Below, piece after piece: positions 39,546 to 49,316 of a stretch of DNA of 64,000 bases. The stretch lies in NCBI GenBank assembly GCA_965222225.1, contig CBDCTK010000002.1, positions 2,304,001 to 2,368,000 of the forward strand. The letters run 5' to 3'. Positions within the stretch are counted from its first letter, which is position 1. Each line of letters opens with the position of its first letter. Made by a program: the position numbers and the translations under genes. The notes beneath the pieces were generated by a model that did no database searches, was not told the DNA's origin, and saw only the letters and a list, made by a program, of their open reading frames with translations. Source of the DNA: Candidatus Poribacteria bacterium. GTDB lineage: Bacteria > Poribacteria > WGA-4E > JAJDTR01.

Positions 39546-40652
39546 ATGACAACTGCGTATGTTTTGTCCGTTTGTTTTCTCATCGGACTATGGATTACGG
39601 GCGACGCGCTAGCTCAGAGGGATAAGGGAACAATCGTCTGGTCCTCTAATAGAAACACGAGAGACCCAGGTGAGCCTCCAGGTAAAAACCATGATCTCTG
39701 GGTTATGGAGGCCAGAGACGGCAAAAACCGAATAAGAGTCACAGATCTTCCAAAGAATGAGATGGAACCCACATGGTCTCCCGATGGCTCGCAGATCGTC
39801 TTTGCAAGTAACAGGGATGGAAAGAACGACATCTTCACTATCGATGTAGATTGGGACGAGCTTGGTAGGGTGATTTCTGCGCCGCATAAACACGGTTGGA
39901 GAGTTGCTGCTACGATGAACAACAATGTGCGAAATCTGACAAACGATCCCGGCAACACTGATGAGTCGCCAACATGGTCGGGAAACGGTGAGACAATTGC
40001 CTATGTGTCCAGGAGAGACGGGAACCGTGAAATCTACCTTATGCGTTCCGACGGGAGCGGTCAACGCAATCTGACAAATCATCCCGCAGAGGACCGCGAG
40101 CCGGCGTTCTCTCATGACGGCACAATGATTGCCTTCAGAAGCAATCGGGACGGGTCCGAAAACATCTTCATGATGAACGCCGATGGAAGTGGCGTAGAAA
40201 GAATAACCGACCACCCCGGCAGCGAATCGCAACCAACGTGGTCGCGTAGTGCCAAAAAAATCGCCTTCTCAACGAATAGGGACGGGAATGGTGAGGTCTA
40301 CACGATAGATATTGAAACGAAGAAGGAACGCAACATTACCGACAATCCGCGTTGGGGAGAAAGCTCTCCAATGCTGCCTGCTAACGGTAGAGACATTATC
40401 TTCTCCGCCGTGGTTGGAGCTGACAGCTTCCAAGCCGACCTCCTTGTTATTGAAGATTTCGAGAAGTGTGGAGCAAGGTGCAAGCCCGTGAACCTACTTG
40501 AAGATATGGACCCCTGGGGTAGGGGCCGCGGTACTAGGGATATTGACCCTGACTGGTTTGATCCGGCGTTTCCACGGGCTGTCTCCCCCGACGGGCAGAA
40601 ACTGACTACGATGTGGGGAAAGATAAAACTCATGGGCGCCGGCCGAAAATAG
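39546..40652 (+). CDS. Secreted TolB-like beta-propeller E (divergent)
   Basis: PTWSPDG repeats; C-terminal AVSPDGQKLTTMWGKIK. Confidence 0.88.
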   Translation: MTTAYVLSVCFLIGLWITGDALAQRDKGTIVWSSNRNTRDPGEPPGKNHDLWVMEARDGKNRIRVTDLPKNEMEPTWSPDGSQIVFASNRDGKNDIFTIDVDWDELGRVISAPHKHGWRVAATMNNNVRNLTNDPGNTDESPTWSGNGETIAYVSRRDGNREIYLMRSDGSGQRNLTNHPAEDREPAFSHDGTMIAFRSNRDGSENIFMMNADGSGVERITDHPGSESQPTWSRSAKKIAFSTNRDGNGEVYTIDIETKKERNITDNPRWGESSPMLPANGRDIIFSAVVGADSFQADLLVIEDFEKCGARCKPVNLLEDMDPWGRGRGTRDIDPDWFDPAFPRAVSPDGQKLTTMWGKIKLMGAGRK

Positions 40653-40699
40653 ATGGCTCACTATTTATCTCCGATTCCGTTCCTGTATCGAGAAATTTG

Positions 40700-40742
40700 A
40701 AAACCCTCGAATCTTCTTAATGAAAAGAGGCCCGAGGGTTTT
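40700..40742 (+). terminator. Probable terminator hairpin after the propeller array
   Basis: AAAACCCTCG...CGAGGGTTTT. Confidence 0.55.
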
Positions 40743-40777
40743 CTGTTTCTGCGCGGCACATTTTTGCAAAAATTGCC

Positions 40778-40985
40778 GTAGGAGATCAAGTGAGCGAATA
40801 TATTAAGCGAGTACATTTGTAGGGTGGGCACTGCCCACCATGCCTTTTAGAATGCGATTGTAGATTCATCAAATCCCCAATTCCCCTCGTAACTCGACTT
40901 AGAACAAAAATACAACGGTTGCGTTGTGGGGAAATCCGTACAACGCCGAACCCGTAGGCGGGGATCGACTGGAGCCCGATAGCGG
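40778..40985 (+). repeat. REP cluster with partial 37-nt units
   Basis: GTAGGA+GATCAAGTGAGCGAATA (40778); intact GTAGGGTGGGCACTGCCCACCA (40819); AACCCGTAGGCGGGGATC (40949), identical to 63856. Confidence 0.7.
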
Positions 40986-41019
40986 TTTATCCTTTCTGAG
41001 CGACTAGGGAGATGAGCGA

Positions 41020-42612
41020 ATGTTGAAATCAGCAATATCGAGCCTATATTCCCTTCTTGGACGTTGGAGGGAGACAGCCACTTCAGTACAAAAGAAAAGA
41101 ATTCTCATCTTGTTGCTGATTGTACTGTATATCTCGCCGCTATGGATATTCAAATACTTCCAATCCCAGGATGGGGCAGCCCACGTCTATAATGCGTATG
41201 CGTTGAGAGTATTCCATGATGAAGGATCAACTCTTCTGAGGGAATATTTCAAGCTCAATCTCACACTTTTCCCCAACTGGCTCGCGCATGTCTGCATGTC
41301 ATTGCTGATGTATATTTTCCCTCCTTTAATAGCGGAAAAAATTCTTCTGAGCGCCATCATCGGTTTGTTTCCATTGTCATTTTTCTATTTTCTTGACTCG
41401 GCGCATAAGGGAAAGAGTCTATACGGTTTTCTGGGATTTCTGTTCGCGGACAGCTACCTGCTGCACATGGGGTTCTATAGTTTTGCCCTCTCTGTGCCAT
41501 TGTTTTTCTTTGCATTGGGCTATTTCATAAAGCACAAAGAGGATATGAGAGTCAATAGAATAGCAATCCTCTATCTCTTTTGCATACTGATTTTCTTCTG
41601 CCACATTCTCTCATACGCTCTTCTCATACTTTCCCTAACTCTCCTGTCCATTACATCTTTTTATCGCAGACCAAAACAGATCGTGCAGCTTCTGCTCTGC
41701 ATGTTGCCGTTGTACTTTATCATGGCAAATTACCTACTCTCAACCGAAGTTGGACAGGCAAGCGACCGAATGAACATAAGATGGGAGCGTCTCGGCGAAT
41801 GGAAAGCTTGGGATTATTTGCTTAGCGCCAAGATGTTGATGTTCTTTACCAGTGCTCACCTGATTCCAACGCGTCTCATGTCGGTTCTGGTGGGGCTGTT
41901 GTTCGTAGCTACTTTATATAAAAGAATCCGCCAGAGAAAGATTATGAGCCAAGACAACCAGTTTCTCCTGCTGTGCGGTGTTTTCACATTTTTCTATTTC
42001 ATTATGCCTTGGGGAATGGGGACTGGCTCCTTTATCACTGCCAGGGTTCCTCTCTTCATTATTCCGGTGTTGTTACCGTTTCTTAGCGAAGATTTCCACA
42101 AATACGTCAGAAACGGGATTGTTTCGGTCATAGTCATCCTTTCCATTGCCCATCTTGCCATAAGCTACAGCTACTATTATCCTCTGGACAAAGGTATGAA
42201 GGAGTACACATCCGGTGTTCATCTCATCGAGAAAAACAAGACTGTCTTAGGCCTCAGTTCCAATTTTCGTCCGGGCGTCAAAGAGGTGCCGCCGGTCACC
42301 CACCAGCCTTATTTCCATATCAAACCGTTTTGCACCGCGATAGACTATTATTGCTTGAGTAACAACGGTGTTAGTTTGACCAATTACGAAGCCAAGTTTG
42401 ATTACTTTCCGCTGAATTGGAGAACCAAACATTCAGGAACGATTGATTACATAGTGGCATGGAAACTGGACATGTCGAATGTGATGTGGGGTGAAAGCGA
42501 TCCTATCCACGGCCTGGATTACAAGGGGATAGCAGATAGTCTGGAAACGGATTACGAATTGATTCATTCCACAGAAAACCTGCAAGTCTATCGTCACCGA
42601 TCAAGCGACTGA
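41020..42612 (+). CDS. Polytopic membrane protein, possibly a GT-C-fold glycosyltransferase
   Basis: About 10 or more hydrophobic helices; QDGAAH in the first loop; AT-rich; last codons supplied by the repeat. Confidence 0.6.
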   Translation: MLKSAISSLYSLLGRWRETATSVQKKRILILLLIVLYISPLWIFKYFQSQDGAAHVYNAYALRVFHDEGSTLLREYFKLNLTLFPNWLAHVCMSLLMYIFPPLIAEKILLSAIIGLFPLSFFYFLDSAHKGKSLYGFLGFLFADSYLLHMGFYSFALSVPLFFFALGYFIKHKEDMRVNRIAILYLFCILIFFCHILSYALLILSLTLLSITSFYRRPKQIVQLLLCMLPLYFIMANYLLSTEVGQASDRMNIRWERLGEWKAWDYLLSAKMLMFFTSAHLIPTRLMSVLVGLLFVATLYKRIRQRKIMSQDNQFLLLCGVFTFFYFIMPWGMGTGSFITARVPLFIIPVLLPFLSEDFHKYVRNGIVSVIVILSIAHLAISYSYYYPLDKGMKEYTSGVHLIEKNKTVLGLSSNFRPGVKEVPPVTHQPYFHIKPFCTAIDYYCLSNNGVSLTNYEAKFDYFPLNWRTKHSGTIDYIVAWKLDMSNVMWGESDPIHGLDYKGIADSLETDYELIHSTENLQVYRHRSSD

Positions 42613-42877
42613 ACAAGGAGTGCGATAGTGAATTCCACGCGATAGCAAATCCCTCAATCGAGTGGACAGCGAGCGATCAACTGCACGGATAGTGAAGGAG
42701 CAACTGACCGATAGAGATCCCAACCCGAAAGAAATCGTGCACAGAAAAAAGACTTCCGAGATTTCATTCAGTCCGAAAACGTAAGAGATTCAGGTGAAAC
42801 CCAACGATCAACCGAACGATCAACTGAGCGGATAGCGAAGGCGATAGAGATCCCCTAGTGAGTGCGATAGGGATTCC
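42599..42877 (+). repeat. Large cluster of 37-nt units flanking a truncated long REP-like element
   Basis: Units at 42599, 42675, 42806 and 42818 (consensus); 42722..42805 matches the interior and right end of 54300..54402. Confidence 0.85.
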
Positions 42878-43270
42878 ACAGGCATATAGTAGCCAACAAT
42901 GTACGCATGAAGAAACTTTCTACATATCACCAATAATGGCTATACCACCGATTATTCAAAAAGGCTCTAACTTAGCGATTTCGCTGTTGGGAATAACAAT
43001 CGTCATTCCCGACTCCGCAGTATGAGATTATTGCCAATATGACCAATTCTTGCTTTCTGCGTAGGCTGGGCATCTTGCTCCACTCTACACAATTTTCTTT
43101 ACTTGACCCACGCAATCAATGCACTTGGATTTCCGACTCGCTATGTAGCAAGAACCAACCGGTCGAATCAAAAATGAACACATTACCGGCTTCGACTATC
43201 GTGATTCTCACGAATTATACAAACAACTTTGCCATATTCCAAATATAGTGTATAATCACATTGGTCGTTT

Positions 43271-43291
43271 GTAGGATGGGCATCGCCCACC
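43271..43291 (+). repeat. GTAG-type REP hairpin
   Basis: GTAGGATGGGCATCGCCCACC. Confidence 0.65.
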
Positions 43292-43962
43292 ACACCATCT
43301 CCAAAGATATTGCCCTACACCGCTCAACCGACTCAAACTCCACTGGGATTCCCTTGTAGACCCCTGCAAAGCCAATTGGTGTGCGTGCCAACTTGTTGAA
43401 CTTGAAAGGAATCGGCATGGAGAAGTTTGAAGCCCCCATTCAGGAATCATTGCTCTAGGAGTTAATCGAACTCTGGGAAACGATTCCGGAACTTCACACC
43501 AACGAAGATTGGCGGCGTGAATTACTCGGCATTCAGCCGTCGTCCAACCGGATACTCATCTATTTTGTGCGCGATTTGCCGCTTTGGGGTTCCGAGAAGT
43601 AGGGGACGCCCCCGGTTTTGTGTTCGACTGCCTACAATTGAACCGGAGCAAGGAAATCGAGCCTATATCAGTGCCCGCCGTGAAGATGGAACTACAGGTG
43701 TAATCGTCAACGCACGGGCTAACTAATGGAAATGTTCACTTGGCGTTTCCAAGCCAAGGCTGTTTTATCAAAGTGCATTATCACAACCCAAGTTGCCACT
43801 TTGATTCGAAATGGGCAAAGAAACCGAGTTTTTTCCGACGGGGAAACACCAGTTTGACGAGAATTTGGCAAACTTGCCTATAATTTAGGAAACGTGAACC
43901 AAAAACTCGGTTTCTCTGATATAGGTAGCAACTTACACTTTCATACCAAAAGAGAGGATTAT

Positions 43963-44832
43963 ATGAAGCGAATTAACCGAATAATTGAACTGCTTGAAGA
44001 AGGGCAACCCGTTTATTGGGCTGGCGGCGTTGGTCTGAGCTATGAAGGCGGCGTGAAGTCCGCCCAGACAACGGCGGATTGGTTGGTTATCGGAATCGAA
44101 CACCTACCCTACGACATCACCGCGCTAGCGGAATTTATGCGAGGCTTGGTGGATGGCGGTCCAACACCTACGGGTCATCGGACGCCGCCGGTGTTAGTCA
44201 CCTTGCCGTTTGACGGCACCGATGAAACGGTTATCCGCACTAACGCTTGGATGATCAAACAGGTACTCGCCACGGGCATCCACGGCATCCTGCTGTGCCA
44301 TGCGGAAAATCCGGAAGCCGTCAAAGCATTAGTCGAATGGGTGCGCTTCCCGTTTCAGACCATTGGCGTTGGAGAAGGACTCGATCAGGGAAGACGCGGC
44401 TCCGGAGGCCAAGATCTTGCCGCGCCAATCTGGGGTGTGTCCGTTCAGGAATATTTGCGCAAGGCAGACGTTTGGCCTTTGAACCCGGATGGTGAAATCC
44501 TGCTCGGCGTCAAAATTGAGAACAAGCGCGCGCTCGCAAACGTTGAAGCTAGCACAAAGGTTCCGGGCATCGGATTCGCCGAGTGGGGGCCATCCGACAT
44601 GAGAATGACCTTCGGTTATGACACCGTAAGAACGCGAGAAAATACGGAAGAGGGTGAACTGAAAGCCGCCCGAGATCGCGTTTTTGCCGCGTGCCAAGCC
44701 GCGAACATCGGTTTCTTGGACGGAGTCCATCCGGACGACGTGGTTGAAAAGATTAAGGAAGGCGTCACCTTCCCCGCTGGCGGCGAGGAAGCGGCTGCGG
44801 TGGGTCGGAAGTTTACGAACCGTAAAATGTAG
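43963..44832 (+). CDS. HpcH/HpaI aldolase-like protein
   Basis: IEH, KIEN and EWGPSDM motifs; GAGG RBS. Confidence 0.8.
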   Translation: MKRINRIIELLEEGQPVYWAGGVGLSYEGGVKSAQTTADWLVIGIEHLPYDITALAEFMRGLVDGGPTPTGHRTPPVLVTLPFDGTDETVIRTNAWMIKQVLATGIHGILLCHAENPEAVKALVEWVRFPFQTIGVGEGLDQGRRGSGGQDLAAPIWGVSVQEYLRKADVWPLNPDGEILLGVKIENKRALANVEASTKVPGIGFAEWGPSDMRMTFGYDTVRTRENTEEGELKAARDRVFAACQAANIGFLDGVHPDDVVEKIKEGVTFPAGGEEAAAVGRKFTNRKM

Positions 44833-45094
44833 CCAGATTGCAAGCAAGCCATTTTTTGTAATGGTCTGGTAACTGATAGTGGATTATCGATTCCGCTCGG
44901 CTTGGATTTCCAGGTCTTGGTTGATGACGCCGCTAATCTGCGGGAGCAATACGGCGCACAACCATCTCGTTGACTATGGCGTGTTGACATTTGACAAATT
45001 GAAGCCTTCTCTGATCCGAGATTTTTCGCCCTGATCCACGTCGAGACGATTCGGAACAATCGCAAATAATCAGCGTGTTACGTGACCTAATTTC

Positions 45095-45288
45095 GTAGGG
45101 GCGAGGTTACCTCGCCCCCATAGGGATCAAGTTAGGGGATTTCGTCTAGCATTGGAGAGGTAGACGGTCACAAAACCCTTAGCTAAGTCCGCATTGGGCG
45201 GGAAGGAAATCTCTATCGCACCCCATGCGGTAGGTGCGATCAACTGAGTGGATAGCGAAGGCGATAGAGATCCCTTTCCAACCGCACC
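45095..45288 (+). repeat. REP hairpins, one split by a full 37-nt unit
   Basis: GTAGGGGCGAGGTTACCTCGCCCC (45095); GTAGGTGC[unit 45238..45274]TTTCCAACCGCACC. Confidence 0.85.
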
Positions 45289-45459
45289 GAACCCTGTCCC
45301 TATGGAAACGAGCGCCATGAGTCATCTTCTGTGGAGGACTCATCAACAAATGGATGGTATTCCCTCGCCCTACAATTAGGAATCTGTCGGCGAATTTCAG
45401 ACACGCCTCAGACAAATGTCAACAGAACTCAATATGCAGATTTAAGGAGATGATACCCT

Positions 45460-46539
45460 ATGGGATTGCCCACTCGCTTTCAAGCGAATCATTTGCACGC
45501 CATCGCACACCGCCTGTTCATGGCTGCCGGCACACCTCATCCCATCGCCGATTTTGTCGCGGAGATTCTCGTCAACGCCAATCTCGCCGGACACGACTCG
45601 CACGGCGTACAGTTCCTACCGATGTATTTGGACCGCATTGAAAACGGAGGGATTACTCCCGCGGTCGAACCCGCCATCGCCAAAGAAACCGCGACAACGC
45701 TACTGGTCGATGGAAAGGGCGGTTTCGGGCACTACACGACACGTCAGGCTCTCTATTGGGCAATTGAAAAAGCTAAGGAGAGCAACGTCTGTTGCGTGAA
45801 CTTTACTGGCCTCACGCACATCGGACGACTCGGCGAATATGCGGAGTTGGCGGTAGCCGCCAATTGCATGGTAATTCTCACTAGTGGCGGCGGATCCAAA
45901 AACAGCGGTAACGTGACACCATTCGGCGGCGCCCAGCCGGCTCTGAGCACCAATCCCATCGCGGTCGGCGTACCGACGGGCGATGACGCGCCGTTCATTC
46001 TGGACTTCGCCACCAGCATTGTCGCGGGAGCAAAAGTGCGCGTCGCCCTTAACAAAGGTGTTGACGTACCCGAAGGCTGGATTGTGGACAAGCACGGCAA
46101 ACCGACCACCAATCCCGCCGACTTTGACGATGGCGGCTATCTGTTGCCGTTTGGCGGACACAAAGGATACGCGCTCGCGCTGCTTGTCTGCCTTTTGGGC
46201 GGCTTGTCCGGCAAGTTCGACCCCGCACGCGCATCCATGGGTGGTGCGTTCCTTCAAGTCATCAATATCGACTCCTTCACCCCCTTGGAGAACTATAAGC
46301 GTGGGGTGCGGGCATTCTTGGACGGTTTGAGATCAATGCCGCCTGCCCCGGGCTTCGACTCCGTCCAGGTTCCCGGGGATTTCGAGCGTCGTTCGCGTCG
46401 TGAGCGTCTTGCCCAAGGCATCGAAGTTCCGGACCCCGTCTGCAAACAGATCGAAGATTGGGCAGACAAATTGGACGTGTCCTTGTCTGAGGCAGAACGC
46501 GAAGCCGGGAGCATCGATCGCTATCAAGCAACATCCTAA
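45460..46539 (+). CDS. Ldh_2 family (malate/L-lactate dehydrogenase type 2) oxidoreductase
   Basis: GHDSHG, HIGRLG, TNPIA, LDFATS and GGHKGY motifs. Confidence 0.92.
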   Translation: MGLPTRFQANHLHAIAHRLFMAAGTPHPIADFVAEILVNANLAGHDSHGVQFLPMYLDRIENGGITPAVEPAIAKETATTLLVDGKGGFGHYTTRQALYWAIEKAKESNVCCVNFTGLTHIGRLGEYAELAVAANCMVILTSGGGSKNSGNVTPFGGAQPALSTNPIAVGVPTGDDAPFILDFATSIVAGAKVRVALNKGVDVPEGWIVDKHGKPTTNPADFDDGGYLLPFGGHKGYALALLVCLLGGLSGKFDPARASMGGAFLQVINIDSFTPLENYKRGVRAFLDGLRSMPPAPGFDSVQVPGDFERRSRRERLAQGIEVPDPVCKQIEDWADKLDVSLSEAEREAGSIDRYQATS

Positions 46540-46621
46540 TTACGCGCTGATGGAAGCCATAATCTTAATTTGAGAATCTCCGTAAACAGTGGATATCTAA
46601 ATTCAGGAGGACAACAGTGGC

Positions 46622-48142
46622 ATGGAAATGCATCCAGGGAAACAGATGTTTATTGATGACTATTTCATTGAATCAATGGCTGGAGCGCGTCGTGTGCTCA
46701 ATCATCCGGAGAAGATTACCGTTGACGCACCGCTACACACGATAACGCCTGATCGACCGTGGGAGAGCGCAACTGTCAGCGGCTCAGTCCAGTACGATGA
46801 AAAAAACCGGATATTTCGGATGTACTACTCGGGCGTCGATTCTCTAGTTTGCGTTCTTGAGTCCACCGATGGTATTCACTGGGAACGCCCAAATCTGGGG
46901 CTTGTTGAATTTGAGGGTTCAAGAGACAATAACATCGTCAACTGGCCAAACGACTGCCCTGCCATCGGAAGCCTCCTGTGGGACCCGCATGAGACCGACG
47001 AAACCTACCGCTGGAAACGGATGCACCACTTCCCTTACAAGGGGGTATGGCAGGCGCTCTACTCCGAAGACGGATACAACTGGCATCACCAACCCCCGGG
47101 ACCCCACAACAATCAAAAACAGTTCTTCGGTTTTGGTTCACCCGCAGAGAGTTTCGGGGGATCGATGGATCCCGATACACCTTATGTCACCTATTGCCAG
47201 CGAGGTTCAAGCCGAAGGACACGCGTACTTGGGCGGCGAGAGAGCCAAGGCTTTGTCAACTGGTCAGGCATGCGGACGGTCATCGATCAGGATTTGGACG
47301 ACCCACCCGGAACAGAGTTCTACGCCGCAGGTCATGACATGGCGAACCGTACCGACGGCGGACTGCATATCATCATATTGGACGCGTATTCCACCGACCT
47401 GACAGAGCCATACGCCATTGAGGGAGCCGAGAATTACTGGGGAGGCGCGGGTGGTCCCTCTGTGATTCCCGCGCGGATTGACGGGATGGTCGAACCGCAG
47501 CTTACGGTGAGCCGCGACACCATATCTTGGAAACGCTATCGCGAACCGTTCTTCCATCGCGGCGAACCCGGATCGTGGGATTGGGGCAGCATCTACTGCT
47601 CCGGGCCCATCCTGCATAAGGACCAACTCCTGTTTTACTACAACGGCGTCAATTTGACGCACAATAGACGTAACCCGCAGTTGATTTACCAAGAAAAATC
47701 TACATCGGCGAAAGGGCTAGCCGTGCTTCGTCCCGACGGTTATGTCAGCGTGGAAGCGGAATCGTATGCCCCGGGGATCTTGACAACCCACCGTTTCCGT
47801 CAAGAATCCGGCGGCACTGTGACGGTCAATGCCGATGCCTCCGCCGGTGAACTTCGCTATGAGGTGCTGGAGGACACGGGCGCCCCCATTCCCGGTTTTA
47901 CCGCCGCCGAATGTGACCCCATACGCATCGATACCTTTGACGCGCCGCTGACGTGGCGTGGAGGCCCCGGCTGGCCCGGATTGAGCGAAGAACGACAGGG
48001 AACCTACCCGAACCTTCAGAAGGAGGAATTCTACATTAAATTACGATTCTACATCTCCCCCGGCACCAAGTTGTACTCTTTGACGCTAGACCCACCCGAA
48101 GTGACGATGTGGCACGTGAAGGTCAAGGGGCGAATCGACTAA
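46622..48142 (+). CDS. Glycoside-hydrolase-like five-bladed beta-propeller protein
   Basis: QMFIDD, Asp-box-like ESTDGIHWERP and SRDTISW, GLAVLRPDGYVS. Confidence 0.7.
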   Translation: MEMHPGKQMFIDDYFIESMAGARRVLNHPEKITVDAPLHTITPDRPWESATVSGSVQYDEKNRIFRMYYSGVDSLVCVLESTDGIHWERPNLGLVEFEGSRDNNIVNWPNDCPAIGSLLWDPHETDETYRWKRMHHFPYKGVWQALYSEDGYNWHHQPPGPHNNQKQFFGFGSPAESFGGSMDPDTPYVTYCQRGSSRRTRVLGRRESQGFVNWSGMRTVIDQDLDDPPGTEFYAAGHDMANRTDGGLHIIILDAYSTDLTEPYAIEGAENYWGGAGGPSVIPARIDGMVEPQLTVSRDTISWKRYREPFFHRGEPGSWDWGSIYCSGPILHKDQLLFYYNGVNLTHNRRNPQLIYQEKSTSAKGLAVLRPDGYVSVEAESYAPGILTTHRFRQESGGTVTVNADASAGELRYEVLEDTGAPIPGFTAAECDPIRIDTFDAPLTWRGGPGWPGLSEERQGTYPNLQKEEFYIKLRFYISPGTKLYSLTLDPPEVTMWHVKVKGRID

Positions 48143-48161
48143 CCTTGGAAAGGAAGCTAAA

Positions 48162-49076
48162 ATGGCAAGTAGACCGATTCAAATCCTAATCGTAGCCACT
48201 CACCCGGCGGATTCGTTCGACATGGCGGGCGGCACATTGTCGCACCACGCCGCCCAAGGCGACAAGGTAACTGCTGTAATCGCCACCACAGGCGTGCGGT
48301 CGCATCACTGGGAGTTGGCGGAAAAGAAACGCATCGAAGGTGCGAGCCTTGATGTCGAGAAGTTCGTGGAGCAGGCAGCCGCGGAAAAGCTGGAGGAAGT
48401 ACGCAACGCCTGTCGAATCATGGGGTACGACGACGTACGCGATTTGGGGTTTGAAGATGACGACATTCTTGTGACCCAAGACAAGATTGAAGCCATCGCC
48501 GAAGTCATTCGCGAGGTACGGCCGGATATTTTAATCTCTCATCACCCCTACGAGAGCGGCGGGTTGAAAATGCACGGAACTATCGGACAAGCAACGATAT
48601 ACGCCTGGCAGGTTGCCGCCGGTACCGGACGGGGGCGGCAACTTCGCCACGCCGTGCCCTGCATCTACTTCATGAATCCGATGGCGTACATGGGCAACAA
48701 CAGCTTGGAATACGCCTCGACGGCACGCGCCGATCTTTATGTCGATATCACTGATGTCATTGACAAGAAGGTGAAGGCGCTCGACTACATCTCCAGCCAG
48801 TTTTACGGCGGACCCTATTCGCGCAAGCGTTCCGAGGCCGATGACGGCGCCCACGGACAAAAGGTGAATGTGGCATACGCCGAGCAATTCCAACGGTTCT
48901 TTCCACTGAGAAGTTACACCCTGCCGATCACCGACGCCGAGTTGGAACAGATTGACCAATCCCCCGAAGTCGGGATGGGGCGGCGCAGCGAGATAGTCGG
49001 CGCCTTTTCACCCCTACCGCCAAATATGGAGTTTTCGTCCAAATATCGCACGCCGAAAGAGAAGTACAACCTTTGA
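48162..49076 (+). CDS. PIG-L family deacetylase-like protein (paralog of 24156..25019)
   Basis: ATHPADSFD, REVRPDILISH, VDITDVIDKK and YAEQF motifs. Confidence 0.85.
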   Translation: MASRPIQILIVATHPADSFDMAGGTLSHHAAQGDKVTAVIATTGVRSHHWELAEKKRIEGASLDVEKFVEQAAAEKLEEVRNACRIMGYDDVRDLGFEDDDILVTQDKIEAIAEVIREVRPDILISHHPYESGGLKMHGTIGQATIYAWQVAAGTGRGRQLRHAVPCIYFMNPMAYMGNNSLEYASTARADLYVDITDVIDKKVKALDYISSQFYGGPYSRKRSEADDGAHGQKVNVAYAEQFQRFFPLRSYTLPITDAELEQIDQSPEVGMGRRSEIVGAFSPLPPNMEFSSKYRTPKEKYNL

Positions 49077-49142
49077 CATACCTACAAGAATAGTTGAGCA
49101 ACTTTCAATAATGAATTTTGCATTTTGACAATGGCCCCGGCT

Positions 49143-49212
49143 GCTCCTGCTGGATTGACAAATCCAGCAGATCTTTATCTAGCCACTTAGCTTCCATTCT
49201 TTTGCTTCGGAG
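49143..49212. repeat. ~70-bp repeat with hairpin, copy 2
   Basis: CTGCTGGATTGACAAATCCAGCAG hairpin; matches 25117..25186. Confidence 0.75.
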
Positions 49213-49316
49213 AGCATCTTCGATCGTTAAATCGAAAATGGGAATTGGTATATCTATAGTGCAGCGATGGGGTCAATATTCTGCTCCAGCAGATTAATGA
49301 TGAAAAGGGCATTACA

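Noticed and set aside
34530-40652. Genuine tolB genes
   Set aside because: No TolB N-terminal domain and no tol-pal context, so the gene symbol was withheld.
43330-43800. Possible decayed gene remnant (also 14500..14850 and 44870..45070)
   Set aside because: Reads protein-like in places but has multiple stops and no recognisable family.
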